Assembly (NCBI GenBank): GCA_965653495.1
Contig: CBFHAJ010000001.1
Coordinates: 1 to 62,980, forward strand
DNA length: 62,980 nt
DNA from: an uncultured bacterium
Lineage (GTDB): Bacteria; Gemmatimonadota; Gemmatimonadetes; Gemmatimonadales; GWC2-71-9
Direction of reading: 5' to 3'
Shown: positions 7,943 to 15,692 of the stretch, one piece after another
Layout of the letters: each line of letters begins with the position of its first letter
How positions within the stretch are numbered: position 1 is the stretch's first letter
Program-made: the position numbers and the translations under genes
The notes under the pieces: model-generated
What the model was told of the DNA's origin: nothing
What the model saw: the letters and a program-made list of their open reading frames with translations, nothing else
Database searches by the model: none

Positions 7943-8232
7943 AAGTAGCACAGGACCTTAGTCTTACGACTGTCGTCCTCCCGAGTCCTGCCGTGACTGC
8001 TGTGGTTACGCGGATGACCAATCCGCCGCCCGATGTTCCTAGAGACTGTTGCTGCGATGAGCTCAAACACGCGGCCCTGCCTGCCCACGGCGGTCAGCCT
8101 CCAACTCCTCTGGGGGCCTGGCTTGTGCCAGCCACCTGCCGTCGAGGCTGAACGCAATATCCGCCCCCTCTTCCGCGTCCGGCCAGTGTGCTAACCGCGC
8201 TCCCTTGTGCCGGGTCGCAACACGAAAAAGAC

Positions 8233-9081
8233 CTACCGCCCCGCCTGAACCGCCGCTCGATATCTCGCGGGCGTGGTCCCCACGATTCGATGGAAGGCCC
8301 TCGTGAGGTGACTCTGGTCGCAAAACCCGACCTCCGCGGCAACCTCGGCGAGGGAACGCTGGGTCTGGGCGATGAGGCGGGTGGCATGCTCGACGCGAAC
8401 ACGAGCGACGTACTCCGCAACCGCGAACCCGTGGCGCGCCCGGAACGTTCGGGCGATGTGGATTGGATGTACCCCCACGAGCGGGGCGAGGGCGGCGAGC
8501 GACGGTGGCGCGCGGAACTCGTCGCGGAGGATGTCCTCGATGACGGTGAGCCAGCGCGGCGCGGCATGCGCCGTCAGCGCGGACACCTCACGCTGGAGCA
8601 TGCCAAGCAGCTCCAGCATCAAGCCTTCGATGAGGATAGCGGACGCTTGGTCCTGGCGGCGACTCTCATCGCGGATGCGCATCGCCGCCCAGGGCACGAT
8701 CCCCGTCGTGAAGACGCGTGGCTCCTGGAGCACACGAGTCATCTCGCCGACGCGATCGAGCCATCCCTCGCCCAGCTCGATCGCGAACACGCGACCGCCA
8801 TGCTCGGTAAATCGGTCCCAGTGCACTTCGCCCGCCGGGTGATAGATCACCGTTCGGGTGGAGCAGTGCCGCGTCCCGCCCTCGTAGCCTTCGTTCCACC
8901 GACCCTCAAGGACCAGGCAGAGATACGGAGAGGAGTGCGCGTGCGGCGGCGTCATCTCCCCACCCGGGTGTACCTTCTCGGTCAGCAACAGTCCCGCCAC
9001 TTCGTTCGCGCGCACCCTGCGGCCGTAGTAGGTGCCCCGGGGCAGCACGACGCTCCATCGCTGATGCTCACGAGCGATCAT
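8233..9081 (-). CDS. AraC-family transcriptional regulator (cupin sensor plus HTH)
   Basis: 282 aa. C-terminal AraC signature ..LAALAPLVGVHPIHIARTFRARHGFAVAEYV..AEVGFCDQSHLTRAFHRIVGTTPARYR. Confidence 0.85.
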   Translation of the reverse strand: MIAREHQRWSVVLPRGTYYGRRVRANEVAGLLLTEKVHPGGEMTPPHAHSSPYLCLVLEGRWNEGYEGGTRHCSTRTVIYHPAGEVHWDRFTEHGGRVFAIELGEGWLDRVGEMTRVLQEPRVFTTGIVPWAAMRIRDESRRQDQASAILIEGLMLELLGMLQREVSALTAHAAPRWLTVIEDILRDEFRAPPSLAALAPLVGVHPIHIARTFRARHGFAVAEYVARVRVEHATRLIAQTQRSLAEVAAEVGFCDQSHLTRAFHRIVGTTPARYRAAVQAGR

Positions 9082-9155
9082 GAATTCACTTTAACGGAAA
9101 AGAGGTTTGGGAGGTACAAGACGCTCCGCAGGGGCCGGTATATACTGGTCCTCTC

Positions 9156-11111
9156 ATGGCATCCCGACGGGCGTGGTCGCTGGTCTTGGCGCTGTGCCTC
9201 CAGGTGGCGGCGGGCCTTGCGGCGCAGAACGCCTTCCTGACACCGCCCGACAACCTGGTCGGCGATGGCATTCCCCCGATCCCCAGCGCACTCAAGACTC
9301 AGGTTGAGCCCTACACCCGCGCGCGCGCCGCCGAGTTATTGAGTTGGCATCCCGTCACGCGCGAGATGCTCATTGCGACGGGGTTCGCGAACGTCCCCCA
9401 GGTCTATCTCGTCGAGATGCCGGGCGGCGCGCGCCGGCAGCTGACGTTTTTCGAGGATCGTCCGACGAGGGGCGTCTCGTACCAGCCCACCACGGGCGCC
9501 TATTTCCTCTTTCTAAAAGACAGCGGCGGCAACGGGAACACGCAGATCTACCGCTACGATTTCGCCGACGCGAAAATCACGCTACTGACCGATGGTCGGT
9601 CGCGCAACAGCGCGGGGGTGTGGGCGCACGGCGGTGACCGGATTGCCTACACCTCCACCCGACGCACCGGCCGAGACGCGGATCTGTACGTCGTGAATGC
9701 ATTAGATGCGCAGAGCACGCGGATGGTTGCGGCCCTCGAGGGCGGCGGATGGTACGCGCTCGACTGGTCACCCGACGACCGCAGCATCTTGATGCAGGAA
9801 GGCCGGTCGATCAACGAGAGCTATCTCTGGCGCGTCGACGTGCAAAGCGGCGCGCGTACGCCGCTGACCACCACGAGTGACTCAGCCACCGCGTATGAGG
9901 CAGCGCGCTTCACGCGTGACGGACGCGGCCTCTTTGTTCTCACCGATCGGGGAGCGGAGTTCAAACGCCTCGCCGTGCTCGACCTGCGCACGAATCACCT
10001 CCGGTTCGTCACCGCCGGCATTCCCTGGGACGTCGCTGAATACGACATCACGGCCGATGGCAAGACGGCTGCGGTGGTGACCAACGAGAACGGTCTTTTC
10101 GTTCTGCATCTAATCGACACCGCGACTGGGAAGGAGCGCAGCAATTCCGGTCGTCGCGCGCCGCTCATCGGGGTGACCGAAGTGCGCTGGCACCCGAGCG
10201 GACGGTGGCTGGGGTTCGACATGACCTCCGCCCGCGCGAACACGGACGCGTATTCGTTGGACGTGGCGACGGGCAAGCTTGAGCGGTGGACGTTCAGCGA
10301 GCTGGGAGGCATCGCCACCAACCAGTGGGTCGAGCCAGAACTGATCAAATGGAAGGGCGCCGACGAACGGGAAATGTCCGGATTCCTGTACCGGCCGCCG
10401 GCACGATTCACGGGCAAACGGCCGGTGATCATCGATATCCACGGGGGACCCGAGGAACAGTTTCAGCCCTGGTTCATGGGAAGCGACAACTATCTGCTGA
10501 ATGAGTTGGGAATCGCGCTGGTGCATCCCAATATTCGCGGCTCTTCAGGCTTCGGGAAAACGTTCCTGAAGCTCGACAACGGTGTGCTGCGGGAGAACGC
10601 GTACCAGGATATCGGCGCGCTGCTCGACTGGATCGCCGCTCGCCCCGACCTCGACGCCGCGCGGGTGATGGTGACCGGCGCGAGCTATGGGGGCCACATG
10701 ACGCTCGTCACCGCTGCACGCTATGCTGAGCGCATTCGGTGCGCGGTCGACATCTTCGGCCCGTCCAATCTCGTCACGTTCCTCGAGCACACGGCCGAGT
10801 ATCGGCGCGATCAGCGGCGGGCGGAGTATGGGGATGAGCGCGACTCGGTGGTCCGCGCGTTCATGGAGCGCACCGCACCGCTGAACAACGCCTCCAAGAT
10901 CACGAAGCCCCTGTTCGTCGTGCAGGGCGCCAACGATCCGATTGTGCCTCCGAGCGAATCGGAGCAGATGATTCGGGCAGTGCGGGCGAATGGCGTGCCG
11001 GTGTGGTATTTGCTAGCGAAGAATGAAGGGCACGGCTTCACGAACAACGCGGACCGCGATTATCAGTTTTACGCAACCGTCTTATTCATCAAGACTTATC
11101 TTTTGAACTGA
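9156..11111 (+). CDS. S9-family serine peptidase (prolyl oligopeptidase/acylaminoacyl peptidase type) with N-terminal beta-propeller
   Basis: 651 aa. Signal peptide, TolB-like propeller repeats (..DWSPDDRSIL.., ..RWHPSGRWLGF..), nucleophile elbow GASYGGHMT, and distal D/H region (..VQGANDPIVP.., ..NEGHGF). Confidence 0.9.
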   Translation: MASRRAWSLVLALCLQVAAGLAAQNAFLTPPDNLVGDGIPPIPSALKTQVEPYTRARAAELLSWHPVTREMLIATGFANVPQVYLVEMPGGARRQLTFFEDRPTRGVSYQPTTGAYFLFLKDSGGNGNTQIYRYDFADAKITLLTDGRSRNSAGVWAHGGDRIAYTSTRRTGRDADLYVVNALDAQSTRMVAALEGGGWYALDWSPDDRSILMQEGRSINESYLWRVDVQSGARTPLTTTSDSATAYEAARFTRDGRGLFVLTDRGAEFKRLAVLDLRTNHLRFVTAGIPWDVAEYDITADGKTAAVVTNENGLFVLHLIDTATGKERSNSGRRAPLIGVTEVRWHPSGRWLGFDMTSARANTDAYSLDVATGKLERWTFSELGGIATNQWVEPELIKWKGADEREMSGFLYRPPARFTGKRPVIIDIHGGPEEQFQPWFMGSDNYLLNELGIALVHPNIRGSSGFGKTFLKLDNGVLRENAYQDIGALLDWIAARPDLDAARVMVTGASYGGHMTLVTAARYAERIRCAVDIFGPSNLVTFLEHTAEYRRDQRRAEYGDERDSVVRAFMERTAPLNNASKITKPLFVVQGANDPIVPPSESEQMIRAVRANGVPVWYLLAKNEGHGFTNNADRDYQFYATVLFIKTYLLN

Positions 11112-11213
11112 CCCTGGTCCCTGGATGGGCCGGGATGTCCCGCGGCCCCAATACAAACTGCGAATTCCAAGTACGGGGCCTGGTTCCAAGTGCCAGTGTT
11201 TCCTAGCGCCCTC

Positions 11214-11358
11214 GAGCGCTTTGCCGGAGCGTTTGCCTTTGTGGAATTCCGTCGAGGGCTAAGGCTTGCTCCGGAGTTGGCAAGCTCAACGGCAGCCCGA
11301 CGCCGGCGTCGCGCGCCAGTGACCGAAGTCTTCTTGTTGCCACTTCGGCTGCCACTTC
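11214..11358. repeat. Copy B of a roughly 140-bp dispersed repeat (partner at 18280-18415)
   Basis: Shared blocks: GAGCGCTTTGCCGGA(G/C)CGTTTGCCTTT, GCT(A/T)AGGCTTGC and CGCCAGT(G/A)ACC..TTCTTCTTGTTGCCACTTCGG(C/T)TGCCACTTC. On the minus strand both copies encode KWQPKWQQE(D/E)xGxWRA(T/S)P(A/S)SG. Confidence 0.8.
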
Positions 11359-11541
11359 TGCGGTCCTTTCGCTGCGATCAAGACGCCCAGTGCCTCGTTC
11401 AGCCGCCGCGGTCCCTCGCGTTCGTAGCCAGCCGTCGGCGCAGGCATGCCCTTCAGCACCGCCACGATCCGCCCGAGTCCCTCCTGAGGGGCGCACTGCA
11501 AGTCCCCGGCGTCGTTCCACCTTTCGCTCTTACCGCCCTCC
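11286..11541 (-). pseudogene. Possible C-terminal remnant of a tyrosine recombinase (very degenerate)
   Basis: The minus frame reads ..AGDLQCAPQEGLGR..TAGYEREGPRRLNEALGVLIAAKGPQKWQPKWQQ... This loosely resembles the ..AGVDL..QELLGH..T.RYAHL....L.EAV..L tail, plus the tandem-tripeptide ending common in integrases. It is truncated by the 3' end of the MHYT gene. Confidence 0.25.
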
Positions 11542-12891
11542 TCACGTCTGCTCCAGCGCTCCGCCCCATTGCAAGCGCGCGCACTCGGGGCAGATGCCGT
11601 GGCTGAACTCGACCTGGCTGTGACTCCGGACATACGACTCGAACTGCTCCCAGCTGCCTAGGTCCGTCAGGACGCGCTTGCAGTTGGCGCAGATTCGGAT
11701 CAGTCCCTGGAGCGTCTTGACCTCGAGAAGCGCAGTTTGCAGCTCGCGTAGCAAGGTCTCCTTAACCTCTTCTGCCCGCTTCCGGTCGGTGATGTCGATC
11801 CAGACGCCAACGGCTGCGCCGGGTGCCGCGTTCGGCTCCTGGATGAGCCGCAACTCGTCTCGGATCCAGCGATAGGTCCCGTCACCGTGACGGAACCGAT
11901 ACTCGCACGTGAATTGTCCCGAGGCGACGAGAGCGGCCCCGCTTGCTAGAGCGCTCTCCCGGTCGTCGGGGTGGAGGTGCTCGGTCCACCACGATAGCCC
12001 CAGGGCGGTTGCAGCGTCGTAACCCATGACTCGTTGGATGTTGTCGCTGACCCAGTCGGGCGTGAATCGTCCGTTGTCGACGTGGACGGCGTAGAGGATG
12101 GCGTTGCTCGAGGCCAACAGCCGCTGGAGCCGCGCCTGCGCGATCCGCACCTGGCGTTCCCCGTGCCGCGCCACGACTGACGTCAGCACCGCAAGGCCGA
12201 GCACGATCACGGTGGTGCCCGCGACGCCGACCGCGCTGAGCGCGGAGGCGGGGACGCTGCTATCCGGCGCGCCCCCGGGCCCGCTCAGGAAGGTCGCCGC
12301 CGCCATCCCGGTGTAGTGCATGCTCGGAATGGCAAGGCCCATCAATACCGCGCTCCCGACCTTCCTCCAGTTCCACGTCTCTGCCTTCTCGCGACCATAA
12401 TAGAACGCGAACCAGAGCGCCGCAGCGGAGACGCCAATCGCGATAACGACCGAGAGGACGACGAGCCACCAGTTCCAGCGCACCGTCCCGGGAAGGCGCA
12501 TCGCCGCCATTCCGGTATAGTGCATGGTGGCGATCCCGGCGCCCATGACAACGCTGCCCGCGGCGGTCCGCATCGCCGTCAACTCTTCGCGACTGGCGAC
12601 GTAGAGGGCGACCGCGGACGCCAGCACCGCTGCGAGGAGCGATTGCGCGACCGTTGGCACATGGTAGAGCACGGGAACGGGCAGTCGGAAGGCGAGCATT
12701 CCGGTGTAATGCATCGACCAAATGCCAAGACCCATCGCGCACGCCCCGCCCGCGACCCAAGCCGCCTGTCCACGACCCCGTGCGGCTGTCACCTGGCCTG
12801 CCAGGTCCAGGGCCGCGCCGGCGGCGAGGATTGCGATGACCACCGACAGCGCGACGAGTCGGAGGTCGTAGCTGCCAGCGATCGGCGTCAC
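11542..12891 (-). CDS. MHYT-domain membrane sensor fused to a PAS domain and a C-terminal Cys/His (CxxC..HGICPxC) module
   Basis: 449 aa. Three MHYTGM motifs lie in transmembrane helices. A PAS core follows (..ILYAVHVDNGRFTPDWVSDNIQRVMGYD..). The C-terminus is ..IRICANCKRVLTDLGSWEQFESYVRSHSQVEFSHGICPECARL. The start forms a GTGA overlap with the upstream kinase. Confidence 0.85.
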   Translation of the reverse strand: MTPIAGSYDLRLVALSVVIAILAAGAALDLAGQVTAARGRGQAAWVAGGACAMGLGIWSMHYTGMLAFRLPVPVLYHVPTVAQSLLAAVLASAVALYVASREELTAMRTAAGSVVMGAGIATMHYTGMAAMRLPGTVRWNWWLVVLSVVIAIGVSAAALWFAFYYGREKAETWNWRKVGSAVLMGLAIPSMHYTGMAAATFLSGPGGAPDSSVPASALSAVGVAGTTVIVLGLAVLTSVVARHGERQVRIAQARLQRLLASSNAILYAVHVDNGRFTPDWVSDNIQRVMGYDAATALGLSWWTEHLHPDDRESALASGAALVASGQFTCEYRFRHGDGTYRWIRDELRLIQEPNAAPGAAVGVWIDITDRKRAEEVKETLLRELQTALLEVKTLQGLIRICANCKRVLTDLGSWEQFESYVRSHSQVEFSHGICPECARLQWGGALEQT

Positions 12892-14813
12892 TTCGCGTCG
12901 AGCACGTCGCGCACCTTGCGCGCGAGCGCGGCCGGGGTGAAGGGCTTCTGGAGGAAGTTCAGTCCCGGCTCGAGCATCCCGTGGTGCACGATGGCGTCGT
13001 CCGTGTACCCCGAGACGTAGAGCACCTTCGTGGCAGGACGCGTCAGCGCGAGCCGCCGCGCCAGGTCGCGGCCACTCGCCCCGGGCATCACGACATCGGA
13101 CACGAGCAGGTGAATCGACTCTGCGTGCGCGGCAGCCAGTGCGAGCGCCTGCGTCGCGTCTTCGGCCTCGAGCACGGTGTAGCCGAGCTTCTCGAGGAGC
13201 GCCTTCGCGAGCGGCCGGAGTATCGCGTCGTCCTCGGCGAGGAGGATCGTCTCCGTGCCTGTCACCGCCTCCGCCTCGCGTGGTGGCGCCACGCGCTCAG
13301 CGGGCGCGTCGACCCGTGGCAGATAGATCTTGAACGTCGTGCCCCGGCCAGGCTCCGAGTACACCCAGATGTAACCGCCCGACTGCTTCACGATGCCGTA
13401 TACCGTCGAGAGCCCGAGGCCGGTCCCGCGACCCTTCTCCTTGGTGGTAAAGAACGGCTCGAAGATCCGGGCCTTGGTCTCGGGCGTCATGCCGCTGCCG
13501 GTGTCGCTCACTGCGAGCATCACGTAGCGGCCGGGAGTCACCGGCTGGTGCAGCTCGGCGTACTGCTCGGTCAGGTCCGCGTTCGCGGTCTCGACGATGA
13601 GCTTGCCCCCTGTCGGCATGGCGTCGCGTGCGTTGACCACGAGGTTCATGATCACCTGCTGGAACTGTCCTGGGTCGGTGCGCACATTGCCAGTTTCGAC
13701 AGCCAGATTGAGACGCACCTCCACGTCTTCGCCGAGCAGTCGTCGCAGCATCTTGTCGACCTCTTCGACCAGATCGTTCAGGCTCAGGACGATGGGTTCG
13801 AGCACCTGCTGGCGGCTGAAGGCGAGCAGCTGCCTGGTGAGCGAGGACGCGCGTTGGGCAGCCTTGCGAATCTCTTCGAGGTCCTGCCGCGCCGGGCTGG
13901 CGGCTGGCAGTTCCTCCAGCATCAGGTCGGCGTACCCGAAGATGGCGGTCAGCACGTTGTTGAAGTCATGCGCCACGCCACCAGCCAAACGGCCGATGGC
14001 CTCCACCTTCTGCGACTGGCGGAGCTGCTCTTCCAACTCGCGACGCTCCGTGATGTCGCGATAGTTGGCGACGATCGCTCGCACGCCGGGCTCGGAGAGC
14101 AGGTTTGTGAACGTGCTCTCGCAGAGTCGCCATGACCCGTCTTGGTGCCGTACTCGCGCCTCGAGCCCGACCTTGCGCGCTTCGGAGCGCAGTCCCTTCA
14201 CGAACTGAGGTTGGACCTGCGCCAGATCGTCCGGGTGGAGGAGGTCGAGGGCGTTTCGTCCCACCAGCTCCGTGGGGTCGTAGCCGAGGATCGCGGCGGT
14301 CGCGGGGCTGGCGTACGTTATGCTGCCGTCCGACCTGAACAGGGCGATCCCATCCGCGCTGTTCTCGATCAGCGCACGGAAACGCTGCTCGCGCTCCGCC
14401 AGCGCTTCCTCCGCCGCTTTGCGCTCGATCGCATAACGCAGGACACGCGCCAGGAGGTGCCCCTCAATCCGCCCCTTTACGACGTAGTCCTGCGCACCCG
14501 AACGCACGGCCTCGAGTGCCACGCGCTCGTCGTCGAGGCCGGAGATGATGACGATGGGCTCGTGTGGCAGCCTGCGTCGCGCCCGCACGAACGTGTCGAG
14601 CCCGTTGCTATCGGGGAGCCCCAGGTCCAGTAGCACGACGTCCACAGCGGCGTGGTCGACGCGATCCAGGGCGACCTCAAGGCGATCGACACGCTCGAGG
14701 TCGAACGCAACCGCCTGCACCTCGCGAAGCAGCTCGAAGATGAGCCGCGCATCGCCCGGATTGTCTTCCACGAGCAGCACTCTGATCGGGCGCACGCCGG
14801 CCGAGGCGGTCAC
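12888..14813 (-). CDS. Hybrid sensor histidine kinase (REC-PAS-HisKA-HATPase-REC)
   Basis: 641 aa. N-terminal REC ([16 protein letters not shown]), a PAS domain, H-box GGVAHDFNNVLTAI, N/G boxes (NLVVNARDAMP, DTGSGM, GTGLGLS) and a C-terminal REC (ILLAEDD..VSDVVMPG). Confidence 0.9.
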   Translation of the reverse strand: MTASAGVRPIRVLLVEDNPGDARLIFELLREVQAVAFDLERVDRLEVALDRVDHAAVDVVLLDLGLPDSNGLDTFVRARRRLPHEPIVIISGLDDERVALEAVRSGAQDYVVKGRIEGHLLARVLRYAIERKAAEEALAEREQRFRALIENSADGIALFRSDGSITYASPATAAILGYDPTELVGRNALDLLHPDDLAQVQPQFVKGLRSEARKVGLEARVRHQDGSWRLCESTFTNLLSEPGVRAIVANYRDITERRELEEQLRQSQKVEAIGRLAGGVAHDFNNVLTAIFGYADLMLEELPAASPARQDLEEIRKAAQRASSLTRQLLAFSRQQVLEPIVLSLNDLVEEVDKMLRRLLGEDVEVRLNLAVETGNVRTDPGQFQQVIMNLVVNARDAMPTGGKLIVETANADLTEQYAELHQPVTPGRYVMLAVSDTGSGMTPETKARIFEPFFTTKEKGRGTGLGLSTVYGIVKQSGGYIWVYSEPGRGTTFKIYLPRVDAPAERVAPPREAEAVTGTETILLAEDDAILRPLAKALLEKLGYTVLEAEDATQALALAAAHAESIHLLVSDVVMPGASGRDLARRLALTRPATKVLYVSGYTDDAIVHHGMLEPGLNFLQKPFTPAALARKVRDVLDAK

Positions 14814-15250
14814 GGCAGTCTCACGATTTGCAGCCAGAATTGCTCGATCGAGTTGACTGCCTCGACGAACTGCTCCAGGCCGATTGGTTTCGTGACGTAG
14901 GCGTTGGCGTGCAGCCGGTAGCTCTGCTGCACGTCGCGTTGCTCCCGCGAACCGCTGACCACGACGACCGGGATGTGCCGGAGCTGGGGGTCGGCCTTGA
15001 TGTCGGCCAGCACCTGCCGGCCGTCCTTCCCCGGAAGGTTCAGGTCGAGGAGGATCAGGTCCGGAAGGCGAGCGTCGGCAAAATGACCTTCCCGCCGCAA
15101 GTACGCGAGCACGTCTGTGCCGCTCGTCAGGACGCGCACGCGATTACGCACTTTGGCGCGTTCGAGCGCGCGGGTCGTGAGGGCCGCGTCGTCGGGACTG
15201 TCCTCGACCAGCAAGACGTCGATCGGCATGCCGCTCAAGGCCCCACTCAT
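14810..15250 (-). CDS. Single-domain response regulator (REC only)
   Basis: Trimmed from track ORF 14810..15280 to the ATG at 15250, which forms an ATGA overlap with the upstream REC gene. Motifs: [29 protein letters not shown]. Confidence 0.85.
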   Translation of the reverse strand: MSGALSGMPIDVLLVEDSPDDAALTTRALERAKVRNRVRVLTSGTDVLAYLRREGHFADARLPDLILLDLNLPGKDGRQVLADIKADPQLRHIPVVVVSGSREQRDVQQSYRLHANAYVTKPIGLEQFVEAVNSIEQFWLQIVRLP

Positions 15251-15690
15251 ATCCGTGACAGCTTCACGATCTCGAGCCAAAAGTGCTCGATCGACCCTAC
15301 CACCTTGAGAAACTGCTCCAGATCCACCGGCTTGGTGACGTACGCATTGGCCCGCAGGCGATAGCTCTCGGCGATGTCCTTCTCGGCCTGCGACGTCGTC
15401 AGAATGACCACCGGGATGTGCTTGAGGCCGTCGTCGTTCTTGATCTCGTCCAGCACCTCCCGCCCATCCTTTTTGGGGAGGTTCAGATCCAAGAGGATGA
15501 GGTCAGGCGTGGGAACGGAGGCGTACTTGCCCTGCCGCCGGAGAAAGGCCATTGCTTCGACACCATCGAGTGCCACGTGCAGGTTGTTCCGCACCTTCGC
15601 GTCGCGCAGGGCCTCACGCGTCAGGCGGGCGTCACCGGGATTGTCCTCGACGAGCAGGATCTCGATCGGTACGAGCGTGGGGGCGGTCAT
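15247..15690 (-). CDS. Single-domain response regulator (REC only)
   Basis: 147 aa. Motifs: [29 protein letters not shown]. The start lies 2 nt after the stop of the upstream kinase. Confidence 0.9.
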   Translation of the reverse strand: MTAPTLVPIEILLVEDNPGDARLTREALRDAKVRNNLHVALDGVEAMAFLRRQGKYASVPTPDLILLDLNLPKKDGREVLDEIKNDDGLKHIPVVILTTSQAEKDIAESYRLRANAYVTKPVDLEQFLKVVGSIEHFWLEIVKLSRI

Positions 15691-15692
15691 TC

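Noticed and set aside
7943-8232. Possible WD40/TolB-like gene fragment (..ADIAFSLDGRWLAQA.. on the minus strand, part of track ORF 8063..8323) right after tRNA-Pro, and the hope of finding an integrase there.
   Set aside because: It is a single repeat-like motif of about 15 aa in an otherwise featureless frame that overlaps the AraC gene end. No recombinase motifs appear in any frame.
11190-11606. Plus-strand ORFs 11190..11606 and 18235..18564 that share the peptides LERFAG.FAF and FLLPLRLPL.
   Set aside because: The similarity is a by-product of the shared DNA repeat. The frames are otherwise unrelated, low-complexity and lack starts with RBS sequences. The minus-strand frame is the one conserved between copies.
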